Shown: piece by piece, positions 27,350 to 37,800 of the stretch | How the letters are laid out: each line of letters starts with the position of its first letter | Position numbering within the stretch: position 1 is the stretch's first letter | Notes under the pieces: generated by a model | Told to the model about the DNA's origin: nothing | Seen by the model: only the letters and a program-made list of their open reading frames with translations | Databases searched by the model: none | Translations under genes and position numbers: made by a program | From: Rhina ancylostomus | Taxonomy: Eukaryota | Reading direction: 5' to 3' | DNA length: 64,000 bases | Assembly: GCA_030265395.1 (NCBI GenBank) | Contig: JARFYF010000052.1 | Location: 98,197,655 to 98,261,654, forward strand

Positions 27350-27940
27350 AAACAGCAAGGGTGCTTTCTTTTCTTAGCCGAGGCATAAAATATGGAGACA
27401 TGCTGCAATTTTATGCAATATTAGACCACAGCTTGAGTACGGGATGCATTTTCCGTTACTATATTACAAAGAAAATGTAATTGCATTGAAGAAGTGCGGA
27501 GGATATTTAGGACGTGTTGCCAGGAGTGGACAATTGCAGCTATGAGGAAAGATTGGATCAGCTAGGATTGTTTTTCTTTGAAGAAAGGAGGCTGAGCGAA
27601 GTCTTAATTGAGATACACAGGGCACCTAAATAAACACGAAGGACATATTTGCTTCAGCGGATGAGTCAAAAATCAGCGAGAATTGGTAGAAGTAGTCGAG
27701 AGGAGATAGGAGGAAAACCGTCATTCAGGGGGCGGGGGGCGTCTGGAACTGACTGCTTGAAAGGGTGGTAAAAATGTAGACATTACTTGGATATGTAGCT
27801 GAAGAACCGTAGCTTACAGGGCTACAAATGAGCAAGCGATGGAAGGTGACAATAGGCTGGGTAGCTTCTTTTCAACCTGCACAGGCACAATGGGCCGAAA
27901 GACCTCCTCCCGAATCGTAAACAGTCCATGGTTTTCTGTG
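27350..27940 (+). mobile_element. CR1 LINE 3' fragment, degraded
   Basis: TTAGACCACAGCTTGAGTAC...AGCTATGAGGAAAGATTGGATCAGCTAGGATTGTTTTTC (SYEERLDQLGLF) and tail ATGGGCCGAAAGACCTCCTCC. Confidence 0.75.
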
Positions 27941-28479
27941 ATTCTATCGACTGCTTTTTGTCCTAGTTTAGTCCCCTTGGTTTGATGAGTCAAGCGCAAC
28001 GATCTCCAGATTTGTTCATCTTGGGTCAGAAAGACTGGGTTTCTGAGACCGAAAATTGATTATGTCAATTAAAGAAAAGACAATACCGATCAACTTTATA
28101 ACAGTGAGGCAACAAAAGCAAGGAGTAACTTTACTGCTCCAAGATTATTCATAAAGAGATATAACCGCAGAATGTGTGGCAATGGATTGATATTCTAATG
28201 ATAAAAATACAGATAGAATCCTACAAGATGAACTAGTGTTAATTATTACTGAAATTTCCCATCTATCTGAACGCAGTACGTTGATTTGGTACATCGACAC
28301 TAACCTGTATTTGCATAGAATAGCAAAAAACCCGCATATCTTTCTTGTAAAAATGCCTATAAATTATGTTTAGTTTATGTTTTTCTTGTGAATGCTGCTT
28401 ATACGATGTTCTGCTTCTGCGATGCTGCTGTTTGTAAGTTTTTCGTTGCACCTGTGCAAATGACAATAAACTCGAGTTT

Positions 28480-28645
28480 GAGATGCTGGAAATCCGAAAT
28501 AAGAACAAAAAAAAAGAAACCGCTGGAACAAGTCAGACTGCATCTGATGAAAGGTCATCGACCTGAAGCGTTAGCTCTGTTTCTTCCTTCAGAGAAGCTG
28601 CGTGACCTCCTGAGTATTTCCAACATTTTCTTTTTTTATTCCGCA
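28480..28645. mobile_element. Palindromic Penelope-end mini-element with hammerhead relic
   Basis: GATGCTGGAAATCCGAAATAAGAAC left arm, right arm TATTTCCAACATTTTCTTTTTTTATTCCGCATTT, and centre CTGATGA-A-AGGTC-ATC-GACCT-GAAG-CGTTA. Confidence 0.65.
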
Positions 28646-28689
28646 TTTATAAACTTCCTTGACATGGTCTCACGCCCTGTGGTGCCTTA

Positions 28690-28900
28690 GAGGAGATAAT
28701 CAGACAAAAGGTGAGATTGTCTAAAGCAGGAAAATCTTTGTCAAGGAGATAAATATTCGGATCCGCTCAGAGGTGAAAGGAGACAGAGAGAGGTGAGGAG
28801 ATTCAAGGAGGGAATCCCAGGCCTCTGCAGCTAAAATCACTGGCAGACAAGAGACCGAGTTGGAAGCTCTGTTTTTTTTGTTAACTCCGTTTATATTTTT
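28690..28900 (-). mobile_element. L2-type LINE 3' remnant
   Basis: Purine-rich GGAGACAGAGAGAGGTGAGGAGATTCAAGGAGGGAATCCCAG is similar to 47260-47330 and 49830-49890. Confidence 0.4.
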
Positions 28901-29075
28901 GGAGGGTTAGAGTAAGCTACGCAGATTAATGTAGGACGGGGAAATAAGTCATATCGCCTCTCAGACCTTTTCCACCAGTCCATGAAGTGATGACTGATCT
29001 GTGATCTAAACGTATTCAATGCATTTCCCATAGTACCATTGGATAAGTAGGCCAATAGTGACTGTATGTTAAAAA

Positions 29076-29230
29076 CAGGCAACTCCCGCGTTACGGGGGT
29101 TTACATTCCTCATATATTCAACCAGAGCGAATTTGATTCCGCATTCCTGTATTTTTTTTCGGTAGCGACTTGCGAATTCTGTAAGAGCGAAGTTCCGTAA
29201 CCCGAATGGCCGTAACACGGAGGTCGACTG
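29076..29230. mobile_element. Possible Tigger/pogo-like MITE relic
   Basis: Imperfect terminal inverted repeats: CAGGCAACTCCCGCGTTACGG versus right-end reverse complement CAGTCGACCTCCGTGTTACGG; no intact TA TSD. Confidence 0.4.
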
Positions 29231-31720
29231 GCTGCTTTAAATTTAAAAAATGCCTATAAAATACCCAAGAAAGGTGCCGCAAAAGTGCAAATATTTTGCT
29301 TTATTTCCTTTAATTTCATTTTTCTCCTAACAAAATCACTTCAAATGTCCGATTTAAGATAATTATTGATCCAGCTGTGATACCCCTTCACTCAAGCAAA
29401 TTACATTTTTATAATCATCCTTCGTAGTATAAATGTTTCTTAATTCCAGCCCTGAGACCAAGGGGAGAGCTCATTGAAGGGATTTGAAAATGGACGAGAT
29501 TTTTAAGATGGCCATCGTTGGAGGCAAGACTTGTTGGTTCTTGGTGATCAGCATCCATTTACTGGCAGTCCCTTGTGCGGGAGATTCCATCATCAGTCAG
29601 ACAAATTAGTCAATGAACACTCCATGGCTTTCCTCACAAATCTAACTCACCAATGACACAAAATGACATCACAGGCGAACATCCGTGCCATCATAACCCC
29701 AGAAAAGTTTTTTTTAAAGCATGGAACACCTGCAACTCTATAGTTTCAGAACTAAAAATATGTTCAAGCTCATCTGAACTCCATGATATTAAATTGGAAC
29801 TTGCAACACCTCCTCCTGCTCAGCTCGTTTTAACGTAGAATATTTTAAAGCGTGTTCTTCAATTCATTTTTCTTGAGAATTTGGTTATATGCTAGTATTT
29901 CATATTAGTCGATTAGGTTCAAATTCAGCCCAGGATTTGAGAGCCATTTGATAAACGAGTTTGTGCAGTTTTAATTTTGGCTTTTAGGGCACCCAGCTGT
30001 ACCACCATTTTATTCCAGTTCGCCTCTGATTTGGCGACCTATGTGACGACGGGTAGGTAGCGTAGGAAANNNNNNNNNNNNNNNNNNNNNNNNNNNNNNN
30101 NNNNNNNNNNNNNNNNNNNNNNNNNNNNNNNNNNNNNNNNNNNNNNNNNNNNNNNNNNNNCTAAATGTGTTTCTGTTATCTTAAACCAGTACATGTTCTG
30201 TTCTCCAATTCGAACATTCGCCATCACAACGGACACGCACACATACGGGCGCGCACGTACAACTACAATGAAAAATACAATAAAAAAAGTCACAACGGGC
30301 ATCCTGAAAATGACATCGGACGATTCTTGAATAATATATAGCATACGTCTGGCGCCACACTCCCATAATAGATTGAATTTAACAAATAATGAAAAAAAGT
30401 TGATATTTTACAGAGCACATTCATAATAGGACGAAAAGGCTTTTCAAATAGTAACGTGAAATAACGATGCAGTGAATGATAGGTGGATATGCTTTTTGGT
30501 TGTTAGTGTGGTTAAACTAACGATTTACAATTCTGATGTCTATTTAAAACATCTGAACCAACTTCAGAATGCTTAATGCGGTCGCTATTTGAATGTTGTA
30601 AATGGAGAAAGCTACCTTGTTCGACATACTTTAATCATGTCAATCATATAAGTATTGTTGGACTAAAGAGCTGCACTATAGTGTGCGAAATAAAACTCTG
30701 GATATAATCGATTCCTTTAAAACGTTTTAAATCACAAATATTAAATTTCAGTTGAATTATATACCCAACATATTTTTCCTTTTCTCTAGTCAATAACAAA
30801 AACATTGTACTGTCACAGTCAAAAAAATATCTTGTGCTAAAGGTATTGTGGTTTTAACCAAGGCTTTGGAGATCCTTGCAACACACTTGTGTATTAGAGG
30901 ATACTATGTTGGACGCTTAAATGCATTACGTGTTGTAAATAAACTAAAGGATGTTTTGCTTTAATTTTGCAATCCAACCAAATTCACATGGCTATGGAAC
31001 TGAAAATGGTGGACCGCGGAGGACAGCGTCAAAGGTGAAAATATTCCAAGTACCATCTGCGGCACGGCGGCTGCAGTGAGAAGGCAGTGTGAAGAAACCT
31101 TCTGTAAAAGAACACGCCGTCCAATGTGTTCCATTACCGAAAACCTTGTGTTTAGTCAAGCTGAATCGACGAAGCATGACAAAAATGAAGGGGGAGTGCG
31201 AATGGGTACATCATGGCGCATTAATGGTTAACGATCCGAGTTATTAGAAAAGAACCATATAGCAACATTTTGATTCTGTCATTTAAAAAGTACGTGGATT
31301 TACACTTGATCTGCCCTGGTCTGCAAGGTTACGAACCAAGGGCTAGGAAGAGGCATTAGGACCGGGTATCTCTTTTCGGCTGGTTGCCTCCTTCTGTGCG
31401 GTGTATTTCTATGATTAAACTGTTCTATGAACACGGAGTAATGTCCTGAAGCAAAACAGAATGCAGTCACAGCACATAAACGACGTTTAAGTCTTTTGAA
31501 CAGGCACACACACGGACAGATGAATACATATTGTAGGATGCATTTACTGTTAGATGAAAAATGATTATTTCCGTGATAATATACCAGCGGTCTCTGGAAG
31601 ATATCTGCCATTGAAATAGAAGTCCTAGAGAGCAGCGTTATCCTCTTGGTCCTCTGCTGCGCCCAGCATCTCGAATACTCCTAACGGCGTGTTTTGCAGG
31701 CAGTGTTTCCCCTGATTAAA

Positions 31721-31730
31721 TGATTGACAG
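31721..31730 (+). promoter_or_regulatory. PBX-MEIS/PREP composite site TGATTGACAG
   Basis: Exact match to the decamer consensus, preceded by TGATTAAAT, 1.2 kb upstream of the HMX4 ATG. Confidence 0.45.
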
Positions 31731-32639
31731 ACAGCAGACTATTGGAGCTTGTGTTGATTGTACTGATTGTCGCAACATNNNNNNNNNNNNNNNNNNNNNN
31801 NNNNNNNNNNNNNNNNNNNNNNNNNNNNNNNNNNNNNNNNNNNNNNNNNNNNNNNNNNNNNNNNNNNNNNNNNNNNNNCATGCATACGAGCTGTAGTTGA
31901 TGTGCGATTAAACTGCTTTTCTTATTTGAATCGTCATTGCAGCAAGTCGGGGAAAAACACGAAGAGCCAACAGATCGCGTTGACCCCCTGGTGTGCCGCA
32001 GCATTCATCAATAATACAAATAACATTTCCGGCGAGAAACCTAGAGGAAGGGATCAAGTCAGGCAGAAGGTGGACGGTGGTGGGGAGCGGTGTGTGTGAG
32101 GGTGTGTATATGTGTGTGTGTGTGGGGGGGGGGGGGGGAGGAAATGTTGGCGGTTTGGGGTGTATTAAACGTATGAAAACTGACAGTTTGCAAAATAAAA
32201 TGCAAGTTATCAATTATTAAAACGTCTGAAGTTGTGTGTTCCAAGCCATCTGCTCCTCTTCGCACTGCAATAAATTAGGCCATTAAGTAAGTTAAGTACA
32301 CGAAAGGATGGCGGTGTAGGGGAAAGGTGTGGGGAGGATCGGAAAGCCACACTCCGAGGTGCAACCGTGACCTGCCTTTCTACGGCAATGTCCCGAGGCA
32401 CTTCACGGAAACGTTACCAAGTATATCATCAAATATAAAACAAAACATCGAGCTTCAAGAATTAAAATATCAATGAGAGTGCAGCATCTCCCCGCACCTC
32501 ACGGCCGAAGCAGATTTTAGATATTTCTAGATTTTTCGGGATGTGCTAATATTGCTGGCAGACAGCTGTTAAACCATGCATTAATCGGAATTAAACAAAA
32601 GTGTTTTGAGAATTGCACCTAGCCAAGCAACGGGCGCAC

Positions 32640-32927
32640 TATGTGCCAGTCACAGCACTGCAGACTGAACCAGATGCCGCCCAGCGGCGCAGCCCGCCTC
32701 CCTGTTACCATTGGATTAGCCTGGCTGGCCGCAGTTTGACCAATGGGAGCTTAAAGCATCCGCCATCTTCGAGCTGAATGAATAACCTTGCCTGAACTGA
32801 GCGAGTGCGGCTCTGATCGGGCAGGAATGGTGTTGGCGGGAGGAAGATCATTGCAGAAACCTCCGGGACAATTAAGTGACACGATTACCGAGCACGCTGC
32901 ATCAACTGGAGCCGATCACATCAAGGA
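32640..32927 (+). promoter_or_regulatory. HMX4/SOHo-1 proximal promoter / 5' UTR
   Basis: GC/CpG-rich, with GC-box-like CCCGCCTCC and two CCAAT boxes in opposite orientation (ATTGG ~32710, CCAAT ~32740). Confidence 0.55.
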
Positions 32928-33174
32928 ATGATGGACAAGGAAGAGACCCTTCAGTGTCAACCACTGGCGCTGAAATTTACCATAGACAGTATTTTGAAAC
33001 CTAGTCCAAAATGCAAAGAGCTTAATAAGCATGACCGTGCAAAGCAGCAAGTCATAACTGCGGCAGATTTAAAATCACGGAGCGAGGCCACAAGGTCGGA
33101 GTTTAGGCTCGCCAAGGACTACAGGAAAACAATTCAAGATATCGTAAGCGCTAGGCAGATGCAGAATCGGTTCG
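32928..33174 (+). CDS. HMX4: Sensory organ homeobox SOHo-1 / HMX4, coding exon 1
   Basis: MMDKEETLQCQPLALKFTIDSIL contains an eh1 motif of the hmx4 type. The donor is uncertain: phase-1 TCG|GTCGGT at 33174 fits the downstream acceptors, while ATC|GTAAGC at 33143 is phase 0. Confidence 0.8.
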
Positions 33175-33442
33175 GTCGGTTAGGTTCCGCGGGAATGCAG
33201 TTAATCCTCCTTTTTTTAAAATCTAATGCACGCATTTACATGAAGATTTGGAAGAGATAATATCAAGCATTGATAGGACACTGTTGTTGATGACGGGTTA
33301 GGAAGGAACAAGCTGAATATGTTTCTTTGCATGAAAGCTTTAAACCAGACTTTAACTCGGCTTTGTCGGTTTTACGGTCAATGTTTTCACAGTCTATATG
33401 CTCAGTAATAAAGTTATAATATTGCAATGCTTTATGCACAAG

Positions 33443-34017
33443 GGAAAGCTGACTTTGCTGGGTTTTGTGATGCAGAGACAATGAGCGCCGGCTATCTCAC
33501 AACCTCCTCACTCGAATTCACCATGGACCCCAAACACCCAGTCAAAAGCCCGGAATCTTACGGATCGCTAGGGACAGCGGATCACAGCGACGATTCTGCC
33601 AAGATCAAACTCAGCAAGAAAACCAAAATTCTCGCAAAAAAGAAGACGCGCACGATATTTTCTAAAAGCCAGATCTTCCAGCTCGAGTCGACGTTTGACA
33701 TGAAGAGATATCTGAGCAGCGCCGAGCGTGCCTGCCTGGCGAACTCGCTTCAACTCACTGAAACGCAGGTCAAAATTTGGTTCCAGAACCGCAGAAATAA
33801 ACTGAAAAGGCAGCTGTCCGCCGAACTGGAGGTCACAAACACGACCGAACCTGCCCCCAAGATAGTCCAGATGCCAGCAATGTACAAAGAGAGCAGTTTT
33901 CTGCGTAGATGTTTGTTGCCGGTGTCTTTCCCTGTTCTTTACTCGGGGAGCAGCGCGCCTTACCTTTGCTTTCCCGATGCCAGCAAGTATCTCAATGTCC
34001 TGGATGGGGACCTATAA
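33443..34017 (+). CDS. HMX4: SOHo-1 / HMX4, coding exon 2 (homeodomain)
   Basis: [61 protein letters not shown] carries the SOHo-diagnostic TIFSK and NKLKRQ, with C-terminus [19 protein letters not shown]. The acceptor is either CACAAG|33443 or TGCAG|33476, both phase 1 (273 or 262 aa). Confidence 0.92.
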
Positions 34018-34840
34018 CCATGTAAAGCATTGCGTAACTGTATCAGAAGAACTTTTAGTGGTTGTTTAGTCACTTTTTATACCGTCTAACAGGCAAAATA
34101 TATAGTATGAAATTTGTTAAACACCTCCCTTTCGATTTCTTTTTAACTTTCGCTGCAGTTTTCCTATTTGAGTGTTAATTTTACACTTTCCACGCGCCGC
34201 CATTTTATACATATATATCATAAGCTTTAAAATTTCAAATTTTCTGTTTAAGTAATTTACGGTTTCTTTCAGACCACTGAATTTATTCAGGCATTATTGG
34301 CACAACACAATTGATTCGCTTAAAACGGCAACACCCAGTTTAAATCCAGTCTTTGTGTTCTTAAGGTGTAATTTTTACACAGTCCGGGTGTTGTGGATAT
34401 ATAGGTCAGAGCTATTCAGATTTCATTTCGTTTTCCCACCCATTGTCCAGCGCTCATCGGGAGTCGTTTCTTTGAAAGGCCGATGTGATCTTGTAATAGA
34501 TAAATAATGATTCTAATTCGTATCAACGCTCCGGCCACTTTCCGTCGAGAATTTAGCATGTGCTTGAACCGTTCTGCAGCAATGTTGGAGCTTTTTTTCC
34601 TGTTACATGATTTCGGGTCTTTCCACACAATACCCCTCAATCTCACAAGTTTCTGCCCGTCCGATTTTACCCTCTTTTATCTCTTTACCCTCGTTTCTAG
34701 TTTTGGACGTGCTATCTTCCCTTTTCGTCAACACTTTAAAAAAATGCACGCAAATACTTAATTGACAAAGCCTAATCTTGTACTTCACAAATTTGGTACA
34801 AAGTGTTTCAGATAACGATATGATTTTCCCCGAGGCAGCC

Positions 34841-34843
<3 letters not shown>

Positions 34844-34874
<31 letters not shown>
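34844..34874. repeat. (AC)n microsatellite
   Basis: Perfect dinucleotide run of about 15 units. Confidence 0.97.
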
Positions 34875-34876
<2 letters not shown>

Positions 34877-37800
34877 GTGGTAGTGCCGTTTTTGGAAATA
34901 ATCTTCCGCTGACCATTGCGTTTTTTTCGACTGAAATTTCCATTAGCATTTTATTTAGGGTAAGGCATTTAGTCAGCTTTCGCTGCTTGGAGTCGATGAG
35001 ACCAGAAATAATCCAGTTTCCTTGCTGGGATTGATTGTAAATATTGTGCAACATCTGTTTCAAGGAGAAAACTTAATATCACGTCATATTTATATATCTT
35101 TATATGTTACTGGTTTGATATTAAATGTGAATTTTAAAATTAAAATGCAGTTTGTTGCTCGGATGCACGCACCTTAGAAATTACTAACACAAAATCCCAC
35201 AGATGAATTTAAACAGTTTATTCCATATTATGTTTCATTGGCAATTGCGAGATAAATCTACGCTGAAAATTACTCACGCTTCACTTACCGCCCGACTGCA
35301 ATTGCCAGCTTCATTAAATAGTATTTATTGCTAATTTAAATACGCAGTTATTGTCAACCGAAAATTTAAAAGGCCTCAGGACATAATTTATATCACTAGT
35401 TGGATTAAATCTGCATGAAACTCACATTTAACAAACAGGGACAGTTATCTGATATGGCGGGTGGTGCGCTGAATTCAGTTTACAAGAACAATGCAGATAA
35501 TGTTTATAATATATTAATGCTATACATTAGAGTTTACACAGGACCTAGAACATTTAGGTTATGTGTATATTTTATACATTCCAAACATTTCAACATAAAT
35601 TTGCGTCAGCAACGCTCCGATATTTAAAAGGTGTCAGTTGTATCTCAAATAGGACATCGGTCAATACAACAACTGAATGTGACCGGACAGAATGATTTCC
35701 TTGCGTTTCACTGCTTAAGCGTAGCTCCATAGGAAGCCTCTTGGAGAATCCACTCTGGGGTTGTCCATAACATTTCATTTTATGACATTCATTTTTAAAA
35801 CAGTGTAGCTCCTGCTTATTGTAATTCTCGAAATTGATGAGTGTTTTCAGTTTCACCTGAAGACGTGACGAATTGAGTTTCCCACCAAGTTTAGATAATA
35901 TAAATCGTAAATGCAGCTACAATACTCAAAATATGTATGTCCGATAGGCCGGCCATTCAGCAATTGATATTCCCTGATATTTCCGCCGTATTCTTGGCCA
36001 GGCTGCAAACCCGAGCGGCAGTGCCTCGATCCAGCTAATCTTTCTTATTTTCATCTCTCTTCACCTCACTGGCCACGTTATAATATTATCATCCTGCGCA
36101 TTCTACCTTTATTCAGAGCAGGGCAACTTTTCATAGTTCATCTATGCGAGTTCTTAGTAATATGTAAAAAAATCAATGGCAGTATTTTGGTTAACTTACA
36201 TAAGGAGATATTTTTTCACTTGTAAATAAATCAGAATTTTGGAATGTTAATTACTCCTAAACTCCAGCCAAGAATTGGCAACGTCCTGTTGAAGCTCCAA
36301 TTATATAATTCGTTAACAGTCTGTGCGCAAGCACGTTTTACCACTTCGAAAAATAATAGTTATTCTCTGGAGTGAAATAGAAACACACAACACATAAGCA
36401 TCTTGCACATTAATTCAGAATCACAACACAAATCTCATAAATTGCAATGTGCTTCTGTGTTTACTGCAACCCGTGTCTAATGCATGAACATTTTCCAGCC
36501 CCTAATCACCCAACTTCACCCCAGCCTCCCATTAGAGAGTTACTCATTTTCAAGGTTCATTTATTCTCTGCACCTACTGCGCTCAATCTTTTTATTGTCC
36601 ACGTTTATGATACGTTCACATGTACTCGCCACATGCATGCGTATATATTTCAGCGACGAATGATGCAGCTATTATCTGCTACTAGTTTGATATTAAAGGA
36701 ACTTTCACCTTACGAATCCTAATGTTTTTTGTCACTGTGAAGTACTCCTCCTTTAATATCAAAAAGATGTTGAATACAGAAATATAAATTAAAATCGCGA
36801 TTAAGAAGCAGTAATGGTAAATATTTGAGAACATATTATAATACCATATTGTCTGGTAAAATGCTTGAGCCATACCCATATTTTTTGAAAATATTATTCA
36901 CTGCAATAAATCAACAGATTTCGCGCAGAAGCTACTTTAGACTCGCGATCTAATCAGGAGCTGATCATCAGCGAAACAGGATATGTAAGCAAGTATCCAG
37001 ATACAGTTGCTGCAGTATGATCAACTCCTGCTCAATGCACACAGACGTGTATTCGTGGGGTGGGTGATTAAGGTAGAGGGAGCCGTTAAGACGCAATGAG
37101 TACTACTCACATAAGTGTGTAGCATCAGACAGCAGCGCAATTTTATTGTACGAAAAAAGCTTCTCCAATCATTTTGGAATTGTGGAGATTATTGCTTTAT
37201 CAGATAATGAATGCATCGTGCATTATAGGATCGAACAAAGCCAGTTGGTAAAACTATTAAATTAATACTACAAAATGGACAATGGTTGTAACAAAATATT
37301 AGATTAAAGCTTCTTCTTGGCTTATCAAATTTTATGATAAACACATATTCAATGGGTAGAGACCAGACCAGAACAAGAAACGCGGACTGCATCATGTGAT
37401 ACCATATTGGAATAACCCCTGGCCTTTAATGTCACAACATAGAATGGTGGCCTCCGAGATATTAATTGTGTTTGCTTGATTGAAGCTAAGTAGCCGATAT
37501 GGGCCAACAAAATTGACCGTTTTCTTCGCTGTTTCATAAGTAAATCATTACACAGACAACGTCAGTTTTTGAAAACAATATTACTTTGATCACTTATATT
37601 GAACGATAACTTACCACAAACTGAGGAGTACTCGATTTATCATTATTTAAATGAAGGGGATAGAATGTGTGATTTGTTTCTAAGTGCTTTCTTTAGTGGT
37701 AACATAAAACTTTTCAATTGTTTTTGCTAGAAAACCATAATTTTTTATTGGCAACAGTGGCTATATAATTTCAACTACCATTTCTAAGTAACAGCATACG

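Noticed and set aside
33175-33260. ORF-track extension of HMX4 exon 1 to 110 aa
   Set aside because: Intronic read-through ending in an AT-rich stop; the homeodomain needs splicing.
21268-33815. Possible gene conversion between the two homeoboxes
   Set aside because: Synonymous positions differ extensively (e.g. CTTGAATCTACATTTGAT versus CTCGAGTCGACGTTTGAC), so there is no sign of recent homogenisation.
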